A stretch of 62,911 nucleotides of DNA, filler included, from Globobulimina sp. (taxonomy: Eukaryota): NCBI GenBank assembly GCA_003354225.1. It is 32 parts of 32 records of this genome, joined end to end, with 100 filler letters (N's around TTAATTAATTAA, not from the genome) between each part and the next. Parts side by side here need not be neighbours in the genome. Positions count along the whole stretch, not along the records: positions 35,454 to 37,322 come from PIVH01011067.1; positions 37,423 to 39,291 come from PIVH01011068.1; positions 39,392 to 41,260 come from PIVH01011069.1; positions 41,361 to 43,229 come from PIVH01011070.1; positions 43,330 to 45,198 come from PIVH01011071.1; positions 45,299 to 47,167 come from PIVH01011072.1; positions 47,268 to 49,135 come from PIVH01011073.1; 25 more parts are not named here. One strand, 5' to 3'. Shown here one piece after another: positions 35,454 to 47,421 of the stretch; the stretch's first letter is position 1, and the number at the start of each line of letters is the position of its first letter. A program made the position numbers and the translations under genes. The notes beneath the pieces are model-generated. The model saw only the letters and a program-made list of their open reading frames with translations. It made no database searches and was not told where the DNA came from.

Positions 35454-35778
35454 ATTTCAACTTTACGTCCCGCCTTAGCATCGAGAAAAAGACTGAGAAG
35501 CGACTTCTGCTCTGCTTTGATTTGTTCAGGTAAAAGAACAGTTTTAGGTATGAAGCGTGTTTCTGGGAGATAGTAGTTCGTGATGTAAGCCTGCCATAGC
35601 TGGTCACGATCCAATCCATCCATCCTGGTCAAGAATGAATGGTCCCTGCCAACCATTTTACCATTTCTAATTCGAATTACCGCAACACAAGCATCAGCAT
35701 CTTCCTGAGCGATACCAAAAACATCCCTATCTTTGGTGTCTGCAGATAGTTTCTGTTGCTCAGTCTGAACGTTTTTAG
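35454..35778 (-). CDS. uvrC: Bacterial excinuclease ABC subunit C fragment
   Basis: EQQK..DRDVFGIA..ACVAVIRIRNGKMVGRD...AYITNYY...IPKTVLLP...KAGRKVE is the UvrC middle region. Confidence 0.88.
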
Positions 35779-35950
35779 CTTTGACACTGAATATGTTTGA
35801 AACTATTAAAGTAGTTTCAGTGTCACATAAAATAAATATATATTCGTTTTTAGCTTGAAAACGAAAGCAATACATTTTTTTTTCAGTTTGAAAGCAAAAA
35901 CAAGTTTGAAATTGCCACTGAAAACAACAATAAATGTGACATGTTTGCAG

Positions 35951-36747
35951 GTGTAGGTTGGGGCGGAAGTAACATCCGGCCGGAAGCCACTGGTTACGGT
36001 GTTGTGTACATTACGAAGATGGCCATGAAGGATGAGCTCAATACAGATTATCGCGGCAAACGTGTGGCTGTGTCGGGCAGTGGCAATGTGGCACAATATA
36101 CTGCCGAAAAGGTGTTCGAATTGGGAGGTTCGGTGCTATCCTTCAGTGACAGTGGTGGCAGCATCATAGAGCCCAACGGCTTTACACCCAGTCAATATGA
36201 CAGATTTATGGCTATGAAAAGTGCCGGATTGCGGTGTAAACAGTATGCGGAGGAGTCAAAGACGTGTAAATATTATGAAGGTGAGAGACCATGGAAGCAT
36301 GCGGAAAAAGTAGATGTTGCATTTCCATCGGCGACACAGAACGAGATCGATGCGGATGATGCAACTGCTTTAATTAAAAATGGGTGTAAAGTTGTAGCGG
36401 AAGGCGCAAATATGCCGTCTACTAAAGAGGCAATGCATATATTTCAAGAAAAGTGTGATATTTATATCCCGGCCAAAGCGTCCAATGCCGGCGGTGTAGC
36501 TGTGAGTGGTTTAGAAATGGCGCAGAATTCGCAACGTACGGTGTGGAGCCGCGAGGTGGTTGATAATAAATTATATGATATCATGGGAGGTATTTATGAT
36601 CAGATCACGACGACTGCCGTGGATTTAGATCGACCGCATGATTACGTATTGGGTGCCAATGCAGCGGGATATAGGAAAGTGGCGGATGCCATGTTTGCTT
36701 TGGGGCAACCATTGAAATCATGGAGAACTTTGATTGAGTTGGATTAG
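35951..36747 (+). CDS. gdhA: NADP-specific glutamate dehydrogenase, last exon
   Basis: WGGSNIRPEATGYG, VSGSGNVAQY, FPSATQNE, VAEGANMPST and KASNAGGVAVSGLEMAQNS; preceded by a TTTGCAG splice acceptor. Confidence 0.95.
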
Positions 36748-37052
36748 GGGTTCGAAGTAAATAAAATTAACCTGACATAAATATTTATAGTAAATAAAAT
36801 TATAAATACATAAATAGTGAACCTATATTCTATAAAATTATAAAGATAGTATAGTTTTTACTTTGTTTGTTTTTTTTTCTCGTGATGTATATTTATGTTT
36901 TGTATCGTTTTTAATATCCTTGCGCAATGAAAACGTTTTGCAATATTGAAGATAGTTTTTTTTTTGAGTTCTGTCCGCTTTGAATCAATAGTTGGACGAT
37001 GAGTCGATGACTAGCTCACTTCATGATCAAGAAAATCTTAATATCAGGGTTC

Positions 37053-37322
37053 TCACATCATAGACGACAGTGCAAGGATAGATTTTTCCTGTATTGTCAC
37101 ACATATTAATATCACAATGGCCGCAATCAAAGTGTTTCCACGAAACTGCTGCAATAATTTTTTCACCATAAACAATTGGAAATATTTAAACAATAAAATA
37201 TTGGAAACTGTGTATAACACAATTCCTAAAAACACACATAAAGCAATAGCGACGATGATACCGTCAGTAGCTGGGCCATCGCCATCGTTATAGGATAACA
37301 CAAATAAATACAAGGCGGCATA
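37053..37322 (-). CDS. 3' end of a membrane protein
   Basis: Hydrophobic open frame running to the contig edge. Confidence 0.45.
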   Translation of the reverse strand, partial: YAALYLFVLSYNDGDGPATDGIIVAIALCVFLGIVLYTVSNILLFKYFQLFMVKKLLQQFRGNTLIAAIVILICVTIQEKSILALSSMM

Positions 37323-37729
37323 NNNNNNNNNNNNNNNNNNNNNNNNNNNNNNNNNNNNNNNNNNNNTTAATTAATTAANNNNNNNNNNNNNNNNNNNNNN
37401 NNNNNNNNNNNNNNNNNNNNNNATGAATTTTTATTAATTTCAAGTACAATAATATCATTTGATTTCATAAAATTTAAGTAGCAACGATAAAATTCCAACT
37501 GATGATATAAAATAAAATAAATAATAGAATTGCTGATGCACTGGTTCATTTTGTGGATCCATGAAAAACACATGATTTTCACAGGGTTTTTGGCATATTG
37601 TAGACAACTCGTCGATTATGTCAAATGTTGATATTTTTAGAGTCATAATGGTCTATTTTTATTCTTCAAAGTATTCTATCTTTAGATTCTTACATCTAAC
37701 TACTTAAAATCACCCCACAAGAAAAATAA

Positions 37730-39269
37730 ATGGCTGACATTTTATGTTATCTTCCACAACTTATTTGTATCATTTATTTGATTGCATTTTACAACGTAAA
37801 ATGTCAAATCATCAGCTGGTGTGGAGATAATGGAATTTTTCCATGGAAGGAGAATAAAAATAAATTACAAAATTATGGTAGAATGAAATACATTATGCAA
37901 CCAACAATCTTATGGTTATTTGAATGCATACCCAACCAAAACAATGATTTGTGTTTGGATTTAGTATGTTATGCTGGGATCATGATATCAGTTCTTGGAA
38001 TTGTTTTTCAACCATCAACAATACATATGTGTATAATATGGATGCTGTATTTATCAATACATACAATTATGCCATGGACCATGCATTATCCATGGTATTC
38101 GCTACTGAGTGAAGTTGGGATTTTGACAATATTTATCCCTGCCTACTCACATAATGTTTACTTAAATTTTATGTTGCATTGGTTATTGTTTAGAGTAATG
38201 TTTGGATTTGGAAAGTGGAAATTCTTTGGATGCAATGAGCCAATCTATAAATCTTTGTATGTCAAAGAACTGATGATACGACAAGCCATGCCAAATCCAA
38301 TTGGAATTTGGTTGTACCAAAATCTGCCAAATTATGTATTTATTTCAATGAACATATTTACATTTTGTGTTGAAATTATATTTCCCTGGTTATTGTTTGT
38401 TAACAATGATTTTTTCAAAATTATATATGGCTTATCAATAATCATTTTGATGTTTGGCATTATGGTTTCAGGAAATTGGGCATTTTTCAATTTGTTAACT
38501 GCTTTCATTACAATTATTGTGACTTTTGGGAAACCTATTAATTATTATCAAATATTTGATTCTGATCTTTTCAATCAAGACATTATATTTAACTCATTTT
38601 TGGTATTTTTGTTTGCTGTGTCACTGTTAAAAATACCATTCAGATCATGGGATGGTGATACACCATATTTTGCATATTTAGTACATCATATATTAAATCA
38701 TTTTGATCATATTTTGCATATTTTTTGATCATTTTGTGTATATTAAATCTGGTTTATCATTAATTGGAAATGGTTTACGGTGTGCTTATTACATTACGCA
38801 TCCAAATGTTCCACAAATATTCATTCGAATTGCTCATCATTTATTGAATAAAAATCAGAATGTCACTATGTTATTTGCAACAGATATCAGTACCATAAAT
38901 AATATAGAAGCTGTACGAATAATGGTTTGCTTATATGATGAGTATGACGATAAGAGATACATGAGCAGACGAAAAGAAATTGCAATTGTTTATCAATGTA
39001 ATGCAAAGAGTAAGAATATGGAATATTGCGATATGTTGGATGTTGCGTTTGAATCTGTGTATTTTAATAGCATTACAGAAAAGAAAGGTATACAGTCACA
39101 GCACTACCAACAATTTTGGGAATTTATTGATTTAATTCACATGCAATTTACTAACAATGGTTTGAACGGTATCAATAAACTTTGTAATGAAATCAATATA
39201 CAAGTAATAAATCAACATCATAAAGTTATTGTTGCAAGATCTGTTATTAAATTATCCATTTCATTTTAA
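37730..39269 (+). CDS. Lipase maturation factor-like protein (frame break or intron near 38700-38740)
   Basis: LLSEVGILTIF, WLLFRVMFGFGKWKF, QAMPNPIG, VEIIFPWL and SGNWAFFNLLT are LMF1/2 motifs. Confidence 0.85.
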
Positions 39270-39549
39270 AAGTGTCCAAGAATACATCATANNNNNNNNN
39301 NNNNNNNNNNNNNNNNNNNNNNNNNNNNNNNNNNNTTAATTAATTAANNNNNNNNNNNNNNNNNNNNNNNNNNNNNNNNNNNNNNNNNNNNATAACTTTG
39401 CAAATTATGAGATGACTTATCAATAATGTTTAATTTGCCTTGATCCATATTGTACGATTCTTACACAAAAATACGGTTTTGTAATTTATTCTTGTTATAA
39501 ATGCATGACAAATTGAAAATGTTTTTTTGTACCAAAACTTCTTAAAAAG

Positions 39550-40187
39550 ATGTCTGACAATTCCTTAAATGTATCTCAATCAATAAATCTTGCCAGTCAG
39601 TTACAAAACGGATCGCACAATACGTTTTCTGGTGGGTATGCACATGGTGGTTATCAACCACAGAGAGTAACAAGTAACGATTTTAACGCGTCGAATTCAA
39701 CAATGACTAACTCGGAAATGATGAACGCGTCAAATAATAACAACAATAATAGTGTAGTTGAGTGAAAATGTGTATCATATACTGTAGTAACTGTACCACA
39801 ATACCACATACACACAAACAGAAAATAACAAATAATTATTATATTACAAATGGTTCACACAATGTGATTGTACTCGGTCATAACTGGCAACAACAACAAC
39901 AGCAACAGAGAACGCAGCAAACCCAGCAAACCTATCAGGTTCAACCACAACAACGTGTGGCACAGCAATATCAGCATCAACAACAACAAAGACAACCTAC
40001 TATGATGATGAATCCATACATTTCACCAATGCAACAAACACATCATCGAGGACAACAACAAAAGCAACAACCGTTTGGATGGAATAAATTTGAAGAAAAT
40101 ATATATTTAAATGACATTGTCCATGTAAAAACCTGCAATGCAGTCGGCGTGGTGAGATATAAAGGGATATTAAGGAATGACCTTTGA
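39550..40187 (+). CDS. Eukaryotic Gln-rich protein beginning a CAP-Gly-like domain, truncated; intron 39754-39821
   Basis: In-phase GT-AG intron; LNDIVHV...GVVRYKG resembles a CAP-Gly start, then the homology stops abruptly. Confidence 0.55.
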
Positions 40188-40339
40188 ACAGGTCAAGACT
40201 TATCTTGGAATTTTTATTATAAATGGGGACAATAATTTAAACAATTTTTTACGGGTTCCGATTTTTATTCTTTCTGCATTATTTACACCCTGCCGGTTTA
40301 ATGTCTACTTTTAGTTTCAGTTTTTACTCATTTTTCTAC

Positions 40340-40464
40340 TTGACAACCATTCAAACAAAACATACTTCTGTTTGATAGTTTGAAAAGCTTGGGAATCCAG
40401 CTTCAAAAGAGACTGGGTTTACCAGGGTTTATTCAGAACTTGCTTTTAACCACAGTTAGGAGAA
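40340..40464 (+). promoter_or_regulatory. Bacterial-type -35 box and Shine-Dalgarno upstream of the porin
   Basis: TTGACA at 40340 (the -10 box is ambiguous) and AGGAG ~9 nt before ATG 40472. Confidence 0.45.
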
Positions 40465-40471
40465 GAATAAG

Positions 40472-41140
40472 ATGAGAAAATTGATGGCTCTTTTGGTTGC
40501 ATTTGTAATGGTGGGTGCCTCTGGCATGGCGGTGTCGGCCGCAGAGTGGAACTTTTATGGATCTGTCCGGCTGGATACTTTTTATACTAAGATGGCCGTG
40601 AATGATTATAAAGCACTTGGTTTTGAAGACAATAATAATTTTGCCGTTGAATTACAGGAGGAGGCAAGACTCGGTGCCAGGGTGAAAGTCAGCGACTCAC
40701 TTTTTGGACGTTTTGAATATGGTACCAAAGATGGGGTTGCCAACATCAGAATGCTCTATGGCCGCTGGAATTTTGGTGCGGGAGAGCTTTATGTGGGACG
40801 GTATTATACCCCCCTTGCACTTACCGAAAGTAATCAAGCCTATTCCGGACTCACCTCCTCCGGCTATGGTGCAGTCTATGGCGAGCGCCAGAACGGACTT
40901 AAACTGACATTTTTACATGGCGCTATCCAGCTCGGTGCCTACGACCCTTCATACCATTCAATCCAGGGAGACACCCGGGAGTATAAGCTTCCCAGGATAG
41001 AAGCCAGCATTTATATGCCCCTGGATAATTTTACGGTGTTTGCCGGAGGTGGATATCAGAGCTATACGGCCAAGACTGGTGCTGTTGAAAATGATATTGA
41101 TTCTTTTATCCTGGCCGGTGGTGGCAAAATGCAATTAGGC
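40472..41140 (+). CDS. Bacterial outer-membrane porin, Desulfobacteraceae-like (truncated)
   Basis: Sec signal peptide then AEWNFYGSVR; beta-strand pattern ARLGARVKVSDSLFGRFEYG...NIRMLYGRWNFGAGEL; PRIEA motif. Confidence 0.75.
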
Positions 41141-41147
41141 TTTGGAC

Positions 41148-41258
41148 TCAGCACCAGCCTCGGCTGCTCCTGTGTCCGTACTGCCGGAGCGCGCGCACCG
41201 ATTCTCGTATGCCGGTCTCGATGGGCGTTTGCGGCATGCCCAATTCCGAGACGGCCTT
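41148..41258 (-). CDS. C-terminus of a bacterial NAD-dependent epimerase/DFR-like (HpnA-type) SDR
   Basis: KAVSELGMPQTPIETGIRESVRALRQYG; markedly higher GC than the neighbouring sequence. Confidence 0.6.
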   Translation of the reverse strand, partial: KAVSELGMPQTPIETGIRESVRALRQYGHRSSRGWC

Positions 41259-41398
41259 TTNNNNNNNNNNNNNNNNNNNNNNNNNNNNNNNNNNNNNNNN
41301 NNNNTTAATTAATTAANNNNNNNNNNNNNNNNNNNNNNNNNNNNNNNNNNNNNNNNNNNNGATCAAATTTCTATGTACACATATATGTAGTCATGTGA

Positions 41399-43229
41399 TC
41401 ATATATAGATATGATCTAAATTTCTATGTACGACTACTTTTTCATCGATTCTATTATCATTGGTAATACTATTTGCACCAAACTCAAATAACCAATAATA
41501 TATCTCACAGTATGTACCTTCATCGCAACTATGTTTCCCACAGTCATCGCCATCGTAATTACAAACAGCAATATGTTGACAACTACTATCACACCAAAGG
41601 TCATTGACCCAATCTGCTTGACAGAAATGTGTAATTCCATATGTCATATTACATAAACTATTTACATGGGTTTCGATACAATCAAAGTTATCATACTGAC
41701 AATTAGTAGTATTACATTGTTGGTTACAAATGCCATCGCCCAATAACTTATAATCACATTCGCATAGTTGCAGACAATCACCACCATCAAAAAAGCAGCC
41801 AGGAACATTACATATCTCATCGCAAATACCATCTTGCCATTTATAACTGTAACAAAATGGCGAATCGAATGTCGAAGAACAGGGCGACTCACAACACTCT
41901 GTTTCTTGTATGAATGCGAGAAAAGATTGAGGAAATAATTGGGATTGGTTCAAAGCATGTTTATTGTTGGCTTTATAAGCCACACAAAATGTTGATTTTT
42001 GAAACATATAATTTGTGTTGTCATTGAAACTGAATATGGCATCGAATTCATCAAAGGTACTGATATTATTATGGCTCATCAACTTATTTATTGACACTTC
42101 TGTTACCTCCATATTTATTTCTCTTATTATATAAAAGTTATATAATTATATTACAGGAATTAAATAATGCGTGTTTTTATAATTTTATGCGAGTTCGCAA
42201 TAAACCTGAAAACGTTCATGCAATAGAATATATTTTTAATATTTTGCTTTTAAATATTAAAAATGTATTCCGTTCATCATTGCGTATTAATTATATAAAT
42301 TCTGTTATTACCTTAACGATGGCAGTGTAAATAAATAAATAGGTATATTTTGAAATAAATTTTGTGCCAATAATACACTTTCCAGTTTATTTAGATTCAA
42401 TACACAATCGGGTATGCTAATTATTGCCGTTTGTTCCATTTTTAATGTCTTTAATTTTTTAAATGAACATATTTGAGTTGGAAATTGTGTCAATATCTCG
42501 AGTTCTCGACCAAACTCAAAATATTCAATATTTACAAGTTGTTTAAATGTTGCTGGTAATAAGGACACTTCACTTCGTATTAAAACAAAATAGCTCAATT
42601 CTTGCCAATTTAATATATTATCGTCAATATAGAAAATTGGTGTCTCTTCGAATTGGAATACTTTTAAACGTTTGGCGTTAAACATATTTTTTGTAAAATT
42701 AAATTTTGGTAATTCTCCACCCATAATTTTCACATTAATTAAGCCAAATTTTTCCAACATGTACCAATTTTTTAACATATTCATACAACTTTTAACTAGA
42801 TTTAAGCCAAAATATTCGTCCAGTTCGTATGTATTCCATTTAATATTATCATCCCTTTCAAAGTCAAGCATGAAATTGCGACATTGGCATACCTCATTAT
42901 TGCCACTCAAATCAAATGGATATACCTTATAATCACAAAATTCCCACCAAAACAATTCTGAGTTTTCGTCTATTAATTTCTCAGCAGTTTCACTGAACGT
43001 AAATGTTTGATTGTTGTCGAAAGAATTAATAAGTTTATACTGTTCAGCAACTAATACGTTACAGTAATTTATAGCAAAATTAAAATGAAACCAAACAATC
43101 GATAATACAGAGGCTCCATAGCCAATAAACGTTATAGAGATTAGCAATATAATTAATTTTCTGAGCCATACAGTTTTAAACACAGAATAATGCATTAATG
43201 CATCTGTTATTACAACATTCAGATCTGTG
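41399..43229 (-). CDS. TM + leucine-rich repeats + three LNR (Notch/Lin-12) repeats; intron 42123-42311
   Basis: LRR units (LPATFKQLVNIEYF, IPDCVLNLNKLESV); LNR units DGICDEICNVPGCFFDGGDC, GDGICNQQCNTTNCQYDNFDC, NDLWCDSSC..CNYDGDDC. Splicing gives LPSLREINM. Confidence 0.85.
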
Positions 43230-43608
43230 NNNNNNNNNNNNNNNNNNNNNNNNNNNNNNNNNNNNNNNNNNNNTTAATTAATTAANNNNNNNNNNNNNNN
43301 NNNNNNNNNNNNNNNNNNNNNNNNNNNNNTCTCATCACCAAATATTCAAGAAATTCAAACAAAAAAACAATTTAAGGATATATATTGTGGATATTCTCAT
43401 ACTCAGTGCATTCCACCCTTTTATGCTATTTATATAACTGCAGATTTTAAACGAGAAACATGTACAAATTCGGCTGCATGAGATTCAAACAAATTGTACG
43501 ATTTTAAAGTGTCGATCTGAAGTCTTTGAGAAAAGAAATTAAATTAATGTTTTTTTAATAAGAAAAATGTAGCTGTCAACCAAATAAAAACAAAAATAAC
43601 GCTATATA

Positions 43609-45198
43609 TTACGAAATAAATATCTCTTTTTTGTGATGTTGGCCATCTTCACTTTCAACAATAAACTCATTGGTAGCAGTTAGTGGCAACGTTGTATCAC
43701 TAACATATCCATCATCATCTATAGTGCTCATTGTTGTATTACTCCCAAAAAATGAACTCACGGATGGTTTATTATAATTATATTCTGAAAGAATATCACT
43801 TTCCACATCAAATGGGATTCGAATTTGTTCATTATTATAAACATTAGCATTTTCTTCTTGATATCCAGGAGGGGGTAACATTCGATTAATTGCTGCGTAA
43901 TTATAATGTCTATGTATAGTTAAATGAGGTACATGTTCATGATCAAAATCATTACTCTCACATTCATTTTTTTCATCATTACATGTGATTGGTTGTAAAT
44001 TATGCGATGATTTATATATAAATGCACCTCTTCTTCCATTTAAATTGAATTCAAATAAATCTGTCGATGTATTTGTCTTAAGACTTGTATTAATTTCATG
44101 GGCAACCACTTGACCATCACTCACCATATCATTCATTAACATTTTCCCAATGTCAATATACGTGCTATCATTCATTACATTATCATACATCCCATCCACT
44201 TCTGGCATATTGGTTTGTTGTTGCATTTCTAAATTGGACGGTATTTGTCCACAGTCAGTGTTTGTATCTATTTTACAGTCTGTATTTTTATTTAAACTCT
44301 TATTGTTTTGATATGCTTTAAAAAACAAAAATAATCGTATTAATACAAACAAAATAGCAACAAGTGCAACGACATAAAATATAAAAATATATTGTGTGGT
44401 ATGCGTTTCATTTGGTGCATAATCCTGTATTTCCGACGATGTCTGATTTGTAAGCTTTGCGACCGAATTATTGGGTTTGCTGTTTCTGAATGGATTCGCA
44501 TATAAAGTTAAGTTATTATCAAACATGTTTCTCGTTGGACTGACTGTTGTAGATCGTTTGGATGGTCTGGTTGGCTGCAAACTTGTTGCAATATGTGGAT
44601 TATGCGTGGTTGGCACAGAAGGAATAACATTATTTGTGCGCTTTGTTGGTGTTGGTGTTGGGTTTGTTGTTGGTTGCGAAGTTGGGAGATTTGTCGGTTG
44701 ATTGGTTGATAGAATATGCAATGATGAGACTGCAAATTGTTCATTCACTGAATCACCCATAACATAAATATCTAATTCTTTGTCATTGGCAAAGGATGCA
44801 TCAAAAATATACCTCGCTGCAAAGGAGAATGGTGTATCATGATAAAAATCAAAAACAGAATTTCGTAGAAACGGATTGTTTGTGATTATAAATTTTAATG
44901 GCCATAAACATTGATCGTTCCATTCATGCATTGGTAGCCATTGATTGCTATTTGATATTCTATCCCATCTTTGAGGGTATGTATCGATGTCAGATATCCA
45001 TTCACTTACATTTTGTGTATTTGCTGTGGTTGATGGATATATGCGACTTTTCGTTTTCCTGCTGTCTAAATGTAAAAAAAAACTAAAATATTGCCAATCT
45101 CCGATACTAAATACCATGAGAATATCCGCATCATTATCTGGGAAATATGTAAATCCATTTAATGTTAATGTAATTGTGGATATCATTGAGGATTGGAA
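43609..45198 (-). CDS. Type I membrane protein with PT-rich stalk (5'-partial)
   Basis: 525-aa ORF with a PT-repeat linker and a single TM helix. Confidence 0.8.
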   Translation of the reverse strand, partial: FQSSMISTITLTLNGFTYFPDNDADILMVFSIGDWQYFSFFLHLDSRKTKSRIYPSTTANTQNVSEWISDIDTYPQRWDRISNSNQWLPMHEWNDQCLWPLKFIITNNPFLRNSVFDFYHDTPFSFAARYIFDASFANDKELDIYVMGDSVNEQFAVSSLHILSTNQPTNLPTSQPTTNPTPTPTKRTNNVIPSVPTTHNPHIATSLQPTRPSKRSTTVSPTRNMFDNNLTLYANPFRNSKPNNSVAKLTNQTSSEIQDYAPNETHTTQYIFIFYVVALVAILFVLIRLFLFFKAYQNNKSLNKNTDCKIDTNTDCGQIPSNLEMQQQTNMPEVDGMYDNVMNDSTYIDIGKMLMNDMVSDGQVVAHEINTSLKTNTSTDLFEFNLNGRRGAFIYKSSHNLQPITCNDEKNECESNDFDHEHVPHLTIHRHYNYAAINRMLPPPGYQEENANVYNNEQIRIPFDVESDILSEYNYNKPSVSSFFGSNTTMSTIDDDGYVSDTTLPLTATNEFIVESEDGQHHKKEIFIS

Positions 45199-45298
45199 NN
45201 NNNNNNNNNNNNNNNNNNNNNNNNNNNNNNNNNNNNNNNNNNTTAATTAATTAANNNNNNNNNNNNNNNNNNNNNNNNNNNNNNNNNNNNNNNNNNNN

Positions 45299-46248
45299 GT
45301 ATTACGCGTAGCCATCATAATAATAACAGCCGGACCCGGACAAATACCGCCTATACCCCATCCAACACCAAATATTGATGCACCAATCATCAATTTATTA
45401 TCAATTACAGTGTTTGTTTGCATATGAAATCCTGTTGAATCACATATCGGTGCATTAACATATGATAATATTATCGGATACATTGTTACAGAAACCAATA
45501 AACCAAAACCTAATACAAACAGTAATGATGGATCCCAATCATCGGAAAAATTTAAAGGATTCATATTTAAAAAATGTATTATCTTCGATGAGTGGACCAT
45601 TCCGCTTAAAATCAATCCTTTGCCAAATAACAGTCCGATTCCAATCGAAGATAACGTCTCAAACAATGTTTTCTCATTAAAATGAGTATTTTTGTGCAAT
45701 AAAAATGCAAGCATCGATAACACAGTTATCCAATGAATAAATATTCCAAAATCATTTTCCGTTTTAACAAAAATTGGTCTGTCATATAAATCAGCAAAAT
45801 ATGAATTTGTGAAAGTTGATGATATGATAGCAACGAATAAGAAACAAGATACTGCAACAACACTACGCATAGATTTTCTTGCCAAACCACATATTCCATG
45901 GCCAGAAGTGCAACCGGAACCTAATCGCGTACCAAAGCCAACCAATAAACCAGCCAATAACATCAGTAACGGATTGGTTGTGCTTTTACAACTTTCGAGC
46001 CATAATAAAGAACTAAGCAATAATCCCACAATAAAACCAAATTGAATTAATTGCGCCTGTTCGTTCTTGTTTGTCCCAAATGATAATGAATGATCTAAAA
46101 CACGTCCAACAATTCCGGAGATACCACATACTCTGCCATACATTATGAGATATAATACAGCGGCCATGCCAATCAATGCTCCGCCACTGCCTGCGTGGTA
46201 CCAATCGTCTGGGTACTCATTTGTTGATAAAAAAGCTGATATTGACAT
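45299..46248 (-). CDS. Fused YeeE/YedE (sulfur/thiosulfate transport family) protein, 3'-partial
   Basis: GRVCGISG, GFGTRLGSGCTSGHGICGL, SGM..SKIIHFL, WDPSL and FGVGWGIGGICPGP. Confidence 0.92.
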
Positions 46249-46712
46249 CACTGCAGGTCTGTGTCTAATAGATTAGGAAAGATTTTAAGTGAATAGTTTT
46301 TTTGTGCACACTGAAGAAGAGAAGTCAGAGAATACTCCCTTACTATTTCATGAACATACCAATAATATTGATATTGGTGTATATATTGATTTGCATGAAA
46401 AGACAGATGATACACATCATGATAAGTATCATCCATATGAATTCAATAAATTCTTCCAAAAAAGGAAAGGCAAAGTTTGTCCCATCACTATTTGGGATAA
46501 ATTAATTCTTGCCATTTCTATGATTTAAATTTTCATCACTATTGGCATGACAATATTCTATTTTGCAACAGACGACGATTCAAAAGAAATTGGTAGTTTT
46601 TTTGTTGTCTGTGCTGGAACTTGGCTTAATTGGTTGTATCGTGGCTATTGTTGCTATACAGAATGGACACACCGTAATAGTATTTTATCAGAAGTCAGTT
46701 TTTCGCACCAAG

Positions 46713-46745
46713 GGGGTGCGTCTTAGGCGCGTAGCGCCGCACCCC
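46713..46745. repeat. GC-rich nested hairpin with GNA triloop
   Basis: GGGGTGCG...GGCGC-GTA-GCGCC...CGCACCCC. Confidence 0.55.
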
Positions 46746-47324
46746 AGAGGTGAAATTGAAACCTGTTCAATTGGATGTTTCAGTGCAAGGAAGAAAAGTG
46801 GCTGTAAAAATGTTATCTTTCAACCGCAGCTGTTAATTACCTTTTGTAGTACGATAATTCGCAGAGCGGCGATATAATAACCAAATCTTTTTCAAGCATA
46901 GGAATTGATAGATTTGAAGAAAGAATGTATTCGATTTTGTTATCTGTGATGTTTCTATGACAAATGAATGCCACGGGCACAGAACTCGGAAAGCATTATG
47001 ATTCAGGGGAAATCGAGGAAATTCACAAGTAAGCACAGACCAATTCGTTACCACAAAGTGTTTATTTTTTGGTTGGAAAATGGAGTGGCGGGGAGAAGAT
47101 TTATGATTATGTGTCACGAACCAAGTTTGGAACTTATCGATCGTGGAAAGGTTGTGCTTGTGAGCCANNNNNNNNNNNNNNNNNNNNNNNNNNNNNNNNN
47201 NNNNNNNNNNNTTAATTAATTAANNNNNNNNNNNNNNNNNNNNNNNNNNNNNNNNNNNNNNNNNNNNACAAAAAAAAGGGTAAATCAATTCGAAATCCGT
47301 AATATAAGACCAACAAAAAAAAAG

Positions 47325-47392
47325 CATTTGACTTTTTAGGTTCACACTTCACAAAAGAAGTGTTTAGAAGTGTGAGCCTAAAAAGTCAATTG
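47325..47392. mobile_element. MITE family B (Tc1/mariner-like TIR); half copy at 52871-52896
   Basis: TTGACTTTTTAGGTTCACACTTC / GAAGTGTGAGCCTAAAAAGTCAA. An identical 26-mer on another contig is preceded by TA. Confidence 0.75.
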
Positions 47393-47421
47393 TACATTTA
47401 TATAATGATTAATTTAATTAA

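Noticed and set aside
35941..36747. GDH as a bacterial gene in an operon with uvrC
   Set aside because: It begins mid-protein at a splice acceptor and has an AT-rich eukaryote-like 3' region.
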